Translations under genes and position numbers: made by a program | In this document: one piece after another, positions 16,879 through 24,805 of the stretch | How positions within the stretch are numbered: position 1 is the first letter of the stretch | How the letters are laid out: each line of letters begins with the position of its first letter | The notes under the pieces: model-generated | Databases searched by the model: none | The model's input: only the letters and a program-made list of their open reading frames with translations | Told to the model about the DNA's origin: nothing | Assembly: GCA_945882675.1 (NCBI GenBank) | Contig: CAMCWU010000001.1 | Location: 763 to 64,762, forward strand | Origin: Klebsiella pneumoniae | GTDB lineage: Bacteria; Myxococcota_A; UBA796; GCA-2862545 | Length of the DNA: 64,000 nucleotides | Direction: 5' to 3'

Positions 16879-18717
16879 CTACAGGGACGCCATCCACGCG
16901 TCGAGTAGGAACAGGCTCCACAGCTGGCGGCTCGCCGGGCCCGGCCGGGCTGCCGCGGCGCGGAGCTCGTCGAGGCGCCCCGTTCGCCAGAGGCCGAACG
17001 GATCGCGCTTCAGGCGGGCGAAGCGGTCCTCGAGGAACAGGCGGCCCGGACCGGCGAGCCACGCGTCGAGCGGGACCGGCATGCCGCGCTGGGGGCGGTT
17101 CGCGAGCGCCTGGGGGATGGCGCCGGACACGAGGCTGCGCAGGACCCAGCGCGTGTGTAGCGTGCCGCCGACGCGGCGGATCTTCAGCGCGCCGGGAAGC
17201 GCCGCGACGCGCTCGATCACGGTGCGATCGAGCAGGGGGAACCGCACCTCCAGGCCGCTCGCGGCCGCCGTGCGGTCGGCCCGCGCGAGCGTGGACTCGA
17301 CCAGCGCGGACCGCATGACCCCGTGGATCGCGCTGTTCACCGGATCCGTGTCGACCCCGGCGAAGAGCGGCCCGAGCACGTCCTCGGTCACGGTCGGGCG
17401 CACGAGAGCTGGATCGCGCAGGAGCAACGCGCGCTCCTGCGTGGGGAACAACCCCATGCCGCCGACGCCGAGGGCGGGCAGCCAGCTCGCGACGGGCCCC
17501 GCGAACCGCCCCCACGACGTCCGTCCGAGCGCCCCTTCCGCCATGCGGCGCAGCGGCCCCGGCATCCGCGCGATCACCCGCGCGACGCCGAGCCCCTGCA
17601 CCAGGCGATCGAGGAACCTCCCGCCGAACAGCTCGTCCCCGCCGTCACCCGAGAGCACCACGCGCACGCGGGACCGCGCGTCGCGCGCGAGCAGGAGCTG
17701 GAGCATCGCGGCGGGGTGCCCGATCGGGCCGCCGAGCGCGGCGACCGTGGGCTCGAACGCCGCCGCGAGGTCCGCCGTGCCGACGACGAGCTCTCGGTTC
17801 TCGAGCCCGAGGAGCCGCGCGACCCGGCCCGCGAACGGGGACTCCGGGTTCGGGTCGTCCGCGAACGAGACCGTGAACGTCGGGACCGTGAGGAACCGCG
17901 CGCGAGCAGCCACCGCAACGGCCGTCGAACCGAGGCCGCCGGACAGGTACACCCCCGTCGCCGCGCCCGGCGGGACCCGCCGCGCCACCGCGCGGTCCAC
18001 GGCCTCCTGGAGACCGTCCAGCAGGTCGACATCTGCGAGTTGGCGGGCGTCCGGATCCGCCCAGCGGATCTGCCAATATTGCCGGTACCGCTCTCCGCCG
18101 CGGTCCACCACGAGCGTGTGGGCAGGCTCCACCTGGCGGACGTCTCGCAGGAGCGTACGCGGCGAGTGGATCACCTGGAACTCGAGGTACTCCGCGAGCT
18201 GCTCGGGCGCGATGTCGCGCGACACCCACGGGAGCGTGAGCAGGGCCGGCAGCTCGCTCGCGAACGCGGTGCGCTGGCCCTTCCGCGTGAAGAACAGCGG
18301 CCGCGTGCCCATCCGCCCGCGCGCCAGTACCAGGCGCTCCTGGCGCCGGTCCCAGATGGCCGCGGAGAACTCACCGTCGAGCTCCGCCGCCAGCTCCACG
18401 CCCCATGCCCGCCACGCGCTTAGCAACGCCACGGTGTCCGGGACGTCGGGCCCGACGGGCGCCCCGCCAGCCCGCTGGAGCACGTCCAGGTGGTCGTAGA
18501 TCCAGCCGTCCAGCATGACCACCGCGTCGGGCGTGATCAGCGGCTGGACGCTGCTCGTGGGCGCCACTTTCCGCATGCGATGCGCGAGCGCCGCGGGTCC
18601 CTCCGCCCAGCGCCCCGACCCGTCCGGACCGCGATGCGCGAGGCGCGCGGCCATGCGATCGACGGCGTCGATATCCGGCGTTCCTCCAAAATCGATCCAG
18701 CCTGCGAGCCCCCCCAT
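16879..18717 (-). CDS. Asparagine-synthetase-like ATP-dependent amidoligase with degenerate N-terminal glutaminase domain, 612 aa
   Basis: The N-terminus reads MGGLAGWIDF (no Cys2). It has HRGPD, but LDGWIYD replaces NGEIYN. The synthetase half has the PP-loop-like motif YLSGGLGSTAV. Confidence 0.85.
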   Translation of the reverse strand: MGGLAGWIDFGGTPDIDAVDRMAARLAHRGPDGSGRWAEGPAALAHRMRKVAPTSSVQPLITPDAVVMLDGWIYDHLDVLQRAGGAPVGPDVPDTVALLSAWRAWGVELAAELDGEFSAAIWDRRQERLVLARGRMGTRPLFFTRKGQRTAFASELPALLTLPWVSRDIAPEQLAEYLEFQVIHSPRTLLRDVRQVEPAHTLVVDRGGERYRQYWQIRWADPDARQLADVDLLDGLQEAVDRAVARRVPPGAATGVYLSGGLGSTAVAVAARARFLTVPTFTVSFADDPNPESPFAGRVARLLGLENRELVVGTADLAAAFEPTVAALGGPIGHPAAMLQLLLARDARSRVRVVLSGDGGDELFGGRFLDRLVQGLGVARVIARMPGPLRRMAEGALGRTSWGRFAGPVASWLPALGVGGMGLFPTQERALLLRDPALVRPTVTEDVLGPLFAGVDTDPVNSAIHGVMRSALVESTLARADRTAAASGLEVRFPLLDRTVIERVAALPGALKIRRVGGTLHTRWVLRSLVSGAIPQALANRPQRGMPVPLDAWLAGPGRLFLEDRFARLKRDPFGLWRTGRLDELRAAAARPGPASRQLWSLFLLDAWMASL

Positions 18718-18756
18718 CCGCTCCCCGTCGCCCGTTCGTCACCGATTCGACGACTA

Positions 18757-18786
18757 GCCGTGACCGGCCGTGACGGGCCGTGGTAT
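18757..18786 (+). repeat. Three tandem 10-bp repeats (GCCGTGACCG GCCGTGACGG GCCGTGGTAT) overlapping a putative promoter
   Basis: Read directly in the 112-bp divergent region between the AsnB-like gene and the IPT lipoprotein gene. The period of 10 bp equals one helical turn. Confidence 0.7.
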
Positions 18787-18789
18787 TCT
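18781..18789 (+). promoter_or_regulatory. Extended -10-like element TGgTATTCT
   Basis: TGnTAnnnT lies 41 nt upstream of the ATG at 18830. A possible -35 GTGACC sits 18 nt upstream. The same TGGTA-type element recurs upstream of several genes in this window. Confidence 0.35.
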
Positions 18790-18797
18790 GATTCAGC

Positions 18798-18814
18798 CCG
18801 GAGCGCTGCTCCGG
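18798..18814 (+). promoter_or_regulatory. 5'-UTR hairpin CCGGAGC-gct-GCTCCGG partly covering a GGAG Shine-Dalgarno candidate
   Basis: Perfect 7-bp stem with a 3-nt loop. The 3' arm runs into GGAG (18813-18816), about 14 nt before the ATG at 18830. Confidence 0.3.
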
Positions 18815-18829
18815 AGATGGAGCGCGGAC

Positions 18830-19492
18830 ATGCAGTGGCTCATGCTGCTGGCGGCAGTCGGGTGCAACGACCCTGGCTTCGACGGCGTCACGATCCGGCC
18901 GACTTACGGCTGGGTAGACGGTTGCACGGACGTCACGATCGCGGGGCACGGCTTCGACGACGGCGTGAGCGCCACGCTGGATGGCCAGCCGGTCACGGGG
19001 ATCTCCCTGCCGGATCCCAAGACCCAGGAGCTGGAGGTCGGGTACGAGTTCTACGCGATCACGCCGCCGCACGCGGTGGGCTTCACCGACATGGTCGTCA
19101 CCAACGGTGACGGCGAGAAGGCGGACGTCGTGAAGAACGCGTTCTACTACGTGGCCTGCATCGGCGCGCCCCACATCGACACCGTCGCGCCCACCGACGT
19201 GGCGGGCGGCACCGCGGTCACCCTCTCGGGCTGCGGCTTCGCGGACGGCATGCAGGCGCAGCTGGTCGATCCGCTGGACCCCGCCGTCGTGCTCGCCACC
19301 CAGGCGCTCACGGCGGCCTGCGCCACCGCGGTCGTGAGCTTTGAAGCACCGGATCTCCAGGACGGCACCTACCATGTGCTCGTCGTCGACGCCGCCGGCA
19401 CGGTCCTGTACGGCTCGAACCCGTGCGAGGAAACGGACACGGGCAGCGGTTGCGAACAGCCTCTCGCGCTGACCTATGGAGGTGCCACTTGA
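18830..19492 (+). CDS. Lipoprotein with two IPT/TIG-like Ig repeats, 220 aa
   Basis: Internal ATG at 18830 gives MQWLMLLAAVGC (lipobox). Repeats are CTDVTIAGHGFDDGVSATLDGQPV and GTAVTLSGCGFADGMQAQLV. The stop overlaps the next ATG (TGATG). Confidence 0.8.
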   Translation: MQWLMLLAAVGCNDPGFDGVTIRPTYGWVDGCTDVTIAGHGFDDGVSATLDGQPVTGISLPDPKTQELEVGYEFYAITPPHAVGFTDMVVTNGDGEKADVVKNAFYYVACIGAPHIDTVAPTDVAGGTAVTLSGCGFADGMQAQLVDPLDPAVVLATQALTAACATAVVSFEAPDLQDGTYHVLVVDAAGTVLYGSNPCEETDTGSGCEQPLALTYGGAT

Positions 19493-22350
19493 TGCGCGCC
19501 CTGCGATCCGTTTCCCACGGCGTCCCGTGGGCGCTGGTGCCTCTCGTGGCCATGGTGGCCTCCATCGCGCACGCCGCGGAGACCGGCGACCTGCGCGGCA
19601 AGGTCGAAGATCGGGACGGCCTGCCCGTCCCCAACGCCCGCGTCACGCTGTCCGGTCCGCGCATCGGCGGCGAGATGACGGCGGAGACCGACGCGGACGG
19701 CCGCTTCCAGATCCTGCAGATTCCGCCCGGCCAGCACGTCCTGCAGGTCGAGATGGGCGGCTTCCAGGGTACGCAGATCACGGTGACCGTGCGCCTCGAC
19801 GAGTCGGCGTTCGTCCCCGTGACCCTGTCGCCCGCGGGCTCCACGCTGGAGGTCGTCGTCGAGACCACGCTCCCCGTCATCGACGCCACGCACTCGTCGC
19901 TGAACACCGAGCTCAACGCCCAGCAGCTCCAGAACCTCCCGACCGGCCGGTCCTACCAGGACGCGATCAACATGATCCCCGGCGTCTCGGGGCGCGTGGA
20001 CACCCAGGACGGCGGCAGCGGCTCCGGCAACCCGAGCGTCCGCGGCGAAGGCGCGTACGGCAACAACTTCTTCATCGACGGCATCTCGACCCGGGACCCG
20101 GCTACCAAGACGTTCGGCGCGAACGTCCAGTTCGACGCGATCGACAGCATCCAGGTGTACACGGATGGCGCGCCCGCCGAGTTCGGACAGTTCACGGGCA
20201 TGCTCGTCAACGTCGACACCAAGGACGGCGGCGACGAGTTCTTCGGCACCGCGGCCTACTATCTCAGCCTCCCGCTGACGGCCGGCGAGTACGACATCCT
20301 CGACATCGATACGGGCAAGGAGGTCCCGACCAAGAAGGCCGACTTCCTCAACCACGAGCTCGCCGCGACCTTCGGCGGTCCGATCGTCAAGGAGAAGCTC
20401 TGGTACTTCGGTACGCTCGACATGATCTATGCGGACTCCCAGCGCGAAGGCGTGGACGTCCCGACGACCACCACGCAGCCCCAGGGCTTCCTGAAGTTCA
20501 CGTGGTTCGCCACGCCGGACCTCACCTTTGCCTACCAGGCGTCCGGTGACTACAGCGCGAGCATCAACGAGAACGCGGACGCCCTGATCCTCGAAGGCGC
20601 GTACAGCAAGCGCAACGACTGGGGCATGACGCACATCCTGACGACCCGGTTCCGGCCGGACGCCAAGGGCGAGCTCGAGTTCAAGCTCGCGACGACCATG
20701 TCGGTGATCGACGTGGTCCCCATGTCGGGGGACGAAGAGACGCCGCAGATCCAGAATGTGGACACCGGCGCCTACTACAACAACCACTCGGACTTCGACT
20801 TCAACCAGCGGTCACGGACGGGCGGCAGCCTCAAGCTCACGCGGCTGGCGGACGGGTTCCTCGGCTCGCACAAGGTCAAGGTCGGAACGGAGGTCTTCTA
20901 CCTCGCCGAGTCCCGCGAGCTGACGCGCACCGGCCCGGGCGACGGCGTGCAGTACTGGGCGTCGCCCGACAACGGGTATCCGTGCTCCGCGGCGGACTTC
21001 TCCGACTGCTTCGGCTACACGGAGTACCAGGAGACCCCGCCCATCGGGCACTCGGGCATCACTACCGGCTCGTTCGTGCAGGACGACTGGGCGCCGGTCC
21101 CGACGCTCACGTTCAACGTCGGCGCCCGCGTCGACACCGAGACGCTGTTCAACACCGACGGCGACTTCGTGATCCAGAACATCATGCCGGCCCCGCGCAT
21201 CGGCGTCGCCTGGGACGCGACCGGGGACAGCAAGACGCTGCTCCTGGCGAACTACGGCTGGTACTACGACATCGCGGGCAACGACTTCGCGGCGTGGGCG
21301 GACAGCCGCTCGGCGGACTACTTCTCGCAGTACCAGGTCGATCCGAACACCGGGGGGTACGTGAACACGTTCACCCAGGATCCGGTGCTCCAGCCGCTCG
21401 TGTACTGTACGGAGGACAGCCTCAACGACTACATCGACGGCCTGACGGCGGCCGGCAATGACCCGGGGTTCGTCAAGGACCAGCGGAAGGTGGCGGAGGA
21501 CCTGTGCGGCAACGGCCTCAAGCCGTACCACAGCGAGAAGCTGGTGCTCGGCGTCGAGCGCGAGATCTTCCCGCTCCTCGCGGTCGGCCTCCGCGGCATC
21601 TACTCCTACACGAAGAATATCCCAGAGGACATCGACATCAACCTCGATACCTGGGTCATCGCGAACGTGCCGCAGAAGCGCCGCGACTACAAGGCGATCG
21701 AGCTCACCCTCGAGCGCAAGCCGAACGAGGTGTGGTCTGCGCTCGCCAGCTACACGCTCTCGGCGTCCCGCGGCACGACGCCGGGCCAGTTCGAGCTGTC
21801 GTCCGGCGGATCGAGCGGATCGAACGGAAACGAAGTCGGTGTCTACCTCGACGACATCAACGACCTCGACACCCGGGCGTTCTTCTACGACAACGGGCTC
21901 GCGTTCCTGCCCGACGGCCTCGCCGGGCTCGGCACGGTGTACGACGACGCCGGATACTACGGCTACCTGCCGTACCACCAGTTCCACCAGGCGAAGATCA
22001 ACGGCTTCTACACGCTGCCGTTCGGGACCACGCTCGGCCTCATCTACGAGTACGGGTCGGGCAACGCCTGGCAGAAGCGCGGCTACATTCCCCTGTACGG
22101 TGACTACCTCGGACTGCCGGAAGGTCGTGGATCCCGGTTCATGCCGGCGACGCACTTCGTCGACATGCGCGTCGCGCACAAGGTGTCGTTCCCGAACGAC
22201 CGCTCCATCGAGCTCTCCATCGACATGTTCAACGTGCCCGACCTGCAGACGCCGATCGGCTACTACGAGAACGACAACGAGAGCTTCGGCGCCGTCCTGT
22301 TCCGGCAGGCACCGCGCTCCATGCGCGCGGCGGTCAAGGGCGCGTTCTGA
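19492..22350 (+). CDS. Oar-type TonB-dependent transporter (CarboxypepD_reg-like + plug + barrel), 952 aa
   Basis: ATG at 19492 (MRALRSVSHGVPWALVPLVAMVASIAHA). N-domain DLRGKVEDRDGLPVPNARVTLSGP...GQHVLQVEMGGF. TonB-box-like LEVVVET. Plug segment LQNLPTGRSYQDAINMIPGVSG. Ends AAVKGAF. Confidence 0.9.
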   Translation: MRALRSVSHGVPWALVPLVAMVASIAHAAETGDLRGKVEDRDGLPVPNARVTLSGPRIGGEMTAETDADGRFQILQIPPGQHVLQVEMGGFQGTQITVTVRLDESAFVPVTLSPAGSTLEVVVETTLPVIDATHSSLNTELNAQQLQNLPTGRSYQDAINMIPGVSGRVDTQDGGSGSGNPSVRGEGAYGNNFFIDGISTRDPATKTFGANVQFDAIDSIQVYTDGAPAEFGQFTGMLVNVDTKDGGDEFFGTAAYYLSLPLTAGEYDILDIDTGKEVPTKKADFLNHELAATFGGPIVKEKLWYFGTLDMIYADSQREGVDVPTTTTQPQGFLKFTWFATPDLTFAYQASGDYSASINENADALILEGAYSKRNDWGMTHILTTRFRPDAKGELEFKLATTMSVIDVVPMSGDEETPQIQNVDTGAYYNNHSDFDFNQRSRTGGSLKLTRLADGFLGSHKVKVGTEVFYLAESRELTRTGPGDGVQYWASPDNGYPCSAADFSDCFGYTEYQETPPIGHSGITTGSFVQDDWAPVPTLTFNVGARVDTETLFNTDGDFVIQNIMPAPRIGVAWDATGDSKTLLLANYGWYYDIAGNDFAAWADSRSADYFSQYQVDPNTGGYVNTFTQDPVLQPLVYCTEDSLNDYIDGLTAAGNDPGFVKDQRKVAEDLCGNGLKPYHSEKLVLGVEREIFPLLAVGLRGIYSYTKNIPEDIDINLDTWVIANVPQKRRDYKAIELTLERKPNEVWSALASYTLSASRGTTPGQFELSSGGSSGSNGNEVGVYLDDINDLDTRAFFYDNGLAFLPDGLAGLGTVYDDAGYYGYLPYHQFHQAKINGFYTLPFGTTLGLIYEYGSGNAWQKRGYIPLYGDYLGLPEGRGSRFMPATHFVDMRVAHKVSFPNDRSIELSIDMFNVPDLQTPIGYYENDNESFGAVLFRQAPRSMRAAVKGAF

Positions 22351-22384
22351 CGTGACCCTTCGGTGACGCCTGGGTGGACGTTCG

Positions 22385-22404
22385 CGGACGTCCATCCGGG
22401 TGGC
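22385..22404. promoter_or_regulatory. Perfect 7-6-7 inverted repeat TGGACGT-tcgcgg-ACGTCCA, candidate enhancer (bEBP) site or terminator-like hairpin
   Basis: Lies 35 nt after the transporter stop and about 50-65 nt upstream of the sigma54-like -24 element. No U-tract follows it. Confidence 0.35.
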
Positions 22405-22450
22405 CGTCGAAACGCGGCGTCGCTAGCAGGCGAGTTCCGCTGCTCTGGAG

Positions 22451-22466
22451 TGGCACGCTCCCTGCA
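22451..22466 (+). promoter_or_regulatory. Sigma54 (-24/-12) promoter candidate upstream of tamA
   Basis: TGGCACGctccCTGCA compared with the consensus TGGCACG-N4-TTGCW. GG and GC are 12 nt apart. It is intergenic, in the correct orientation, and about 80 nt upstream of the likely tamA start. Confidence 0.5.
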
Positions 22467-22544
22467 CCGTTGTCAGGTGACTCCGAAAGGGACGGGGCGC
22501 ACCTGGAAGGTGCGGTCCGCGTTCCCTGCAGGTTACAGAAGCCG

Positions 22545-24674
22545 GTGTCGCGCCTCCTCCTCGTCGCCATCCCCCTGCTCGCGCTGTCTGCCTGCACCGC
22601 CGCGCGGCGCGAGGCGCAGGGCCGCATCCTGCGCAACGTCGACTTCGTCGGGAACGGCGGTATCGGCTCGGGAAACGGCGACTACGTGCTCTCCGGCCAG
22701 CTGCAGCAGGAGGAGAGCCCGCCCGGCGTGGCGACCTTCCCCATCCACTACCTGGTGGTGCCGAAGGTCCTCAAGGACGACCTGCTCCCACGGGACGCCT
22801 ACCGCCTGGAGATGTGGTACGCGCACCATGGCTGGTTCGACGCCCGCTTCATGGGCTGGGAGCTCACGGAGGTCCGCAGGGCGCGCAAGCACCGGGTGGC
22901 CGTGGTGGACGCCACCGGGCTCGTGAACCCGGGCACCCCCTCCATGCTCGACGACATCGAGGTCGCGGGGCTGAACAAAGGGCTCGAGAACCTCGGGCGC
23001 GCGGCGCTCCGGCTGACGTCCCTCGACTCGGGATCCCAGTTCAACCTGGATAGCATCGACCAGACTGAGGACGCGATCCGCGCCAAGCTCTGGAACAACG
23101 CGCACCCGTACGCGACGGTCCAGAGCACCATCACGGCGAAGCCGGCGGCCTACGAGGTGGACGTGCGGTTCGACGCGGACCCGGGGGTCACCGCCACGAT
23201 CGGGGAGATCCGGATCTCCGGCAACGTGAAGGTGGACACCCGGTACATCGAGGACACGCTGCACTTCGACCTGGGGGACGCCTACCAGGCCGACGAGCTC
23301 GAGGAGACCCGCCGGGACCTCTTCGGGTTCGGCACGTTCTCGGTGGTCAACGTGAGGCCGGACCTCTCGGATCCCACCCGCACGGAGGTCCCGATCGACG
23401 TCACGGTGCAGGAGGCGAAGTTCCGCGCCCTCCGGCTCGGTGTCGGCGTCCTGTCGGAGCTCTCGAACATCACCCCGCGCGCGACCATGTCGTTCACGCA
23501 CACGAACGTGCTCCACAAGCTCATCCGCTTCGACCTCGACGCGAACGTCGGCATCACGGCCGCGTACGACACGACGGTCACGGAGGGCCAGTTCGTCCCG
23601 CTGTACAACGTGCAGGCCGTGGCGTCTGACCCGTGGCTGTTCGGCAAGAAGTTCGGGATGAACATCACGGGGATCATGCGGCAGGACGAGCAGGCGGGTC
23701 TGTGGGTCTACCAGAACCCGGAGGCCACGCTGAACTTCTCCTGGAAGCCGAACAACCAGATCATCGTCCAGTTCGGCCCGCACTTCGAGGTCTATAAGTA
23801 CCTCCTCGACTCGCCGGAGGTCCGGGAGTTCGCCATGGGCGTGTTCGGGCGGTCGTTCGAGAACCCGTACTCGCTCTCGACGCTCGACCAGTCGATCACG
23901 ATCGACCAGCGTAACGACCCGATCCGCACCACGCGCGGCCAGTACGTCGCGCTGACGCTCCGCGAGGCCATCCCCCTGCGCGAGGACGGCTACGAGTTCC
24001 TCGCGGCCACGCTCGAGGGGCGGGCGTACCGGCCCGTCGGCCAGATCGCCAAGGAGATCCCCATGACCGCGGCGGTGCGGCTGCGCGGCCAGGGGCTGCA
24101 GCCGCTCGAGGGGCGGGCGCTCCCGTACCCCGAGCTCGTGTTCCTCGGGGGGGCCAACTCGCTGCGCGGGTTCCGTACCAACCAGGTGGGCCCGTACGAC
24201 ACGCTCACGACCGTCGTCGGCGGTGAGCGGGTGACGATCCCGCAGCCCGACGGGACCTCCAACACGCTGCGGGTCGGTGGACAGGACGTGGCGTACTACC
24301 TGCCACACGGCGGGCAGGTCGGCGTCGACGGGTCGGCCGAGGTGCGGTTCGGGCTGCGCGGCGGCGTCAGCGCGGTCGGGTTCGTGGACGCGGGCTGGCT
24401 GGCGGAGACCCTGAACAAGCTGGAACTCAGCGCGTTCCGGTGGGATGTGGGGGCCGGGGGGCGCTACGACTCTCCAGTCGGTCCGATCCGCTTCGACCTC
24501 GCCTTTCGCCCCCTGTACACGGAGGATCAGGGTCCGGCCGAGCTCCTCGGGTCTCCCAACAGCGAGTCCACGCAGCGCTACTTCGATCTCTTCTCGCTCG
24601 TCGGCGACGAGGCCCCGAACCGGGACATCCCGTTCGCCATGCTCCTCTTCCTTGCCATCGGGGAGGCGTTTTGA
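22545..24674 (+). CDS. tamA: TamA-like Omp85-family outer-membrane protein (POTRA + surface-antigen barrel)
   Basis: Barrel motifs (FLGGANSLRGFR, GGRYDSPVGPIRFDLAF) and a terminal ...LFLAIGEAF. The in-frame GTG at 22545 gives VSRLLLVAIPLLALSAC. The ORF is open back to 22374, so the start is uncertain. Confidence 0.85.
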   Translation: MSRLLLVAIPLLALSACTAARREAQGRILRNVDFVGNGGIGSGNGDYVLSGQLQQEESPPGVATFPIHYLVVPKVLKDDLLPRDAYRLEMWYAHHGWFDARFMGWELTEVRRARKHRVAVVDATGLVNPGTPSMLDDIEVAGLNKGLENLGRAALRLTSLDSGSQFNLDSIDQTEDAIRAKLWNNAHPYATVQSTITAKPAAYEVDVRFDADPGVTATIGEIRISGNVKVDTRYIEDTLHFDLGDAYQADELEETRRDLFGFGTFSVVNVRPDLSDPTRTEVPIDVTVQEAKFRALRLGVGVLSELSNITPRATMSFTHTNVLHKLIRFDLDANVGITAAYDTTVTEGQFVPLYNVQAVASDPWLFGKKFGMNITGIMRQDEQAGLWVYQNPEATLNFSWKPNNQIIVQFGPHFEVYKYLLDSPEVREFAMGVFGRSFENPYSLSTLDQSITIDQRNDPIRTTRGQYVALTLREAIPLREDGYEFLAATLEGRAYRPVGQIAKEIPMTAAVRLRGQGLQPLEGRALPYPELVFLGGANSLRGFRTNQVGPYDTLTTVVGGERVTIPQPDGTSNTLRVGGQDVAYYLPHGGQVGVDGSAEVRFGLRGGVSAVGFVDAGWLAETLNKLELSAFRWDVGAGGRYDSPVGPIRFDLAFRPLYTEDQGPAELLGSPNSESTQRYFDLFSLVGDEAPNRDIPFAMLLFLAIGEAF

Positions 24675-24805
24675 AGCGAGCACGTCGTCACCGGGCGTGG
24701 TTCAGGACCCCCTTCGGAACACCCATCCGTGCCCAACCTCCCGAGAGCCTGCCGCCGCAGCCGCAGCAGGGCCGCGCGCACAGGAAGTGGCGCCGGACCC
24801 GCAAG

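Noticed and set aside
16879-19492. Lasso-peptide or beta-lactam-type biosynthetic cluster around the Cys-less AsnB homologue
   Set aside because: No precursor-like small ORF, transglutaminase-like protease/RRE, ABC exporter or other tailoring gene is adjacent. The neighbours are dnaX and an envelope operon.
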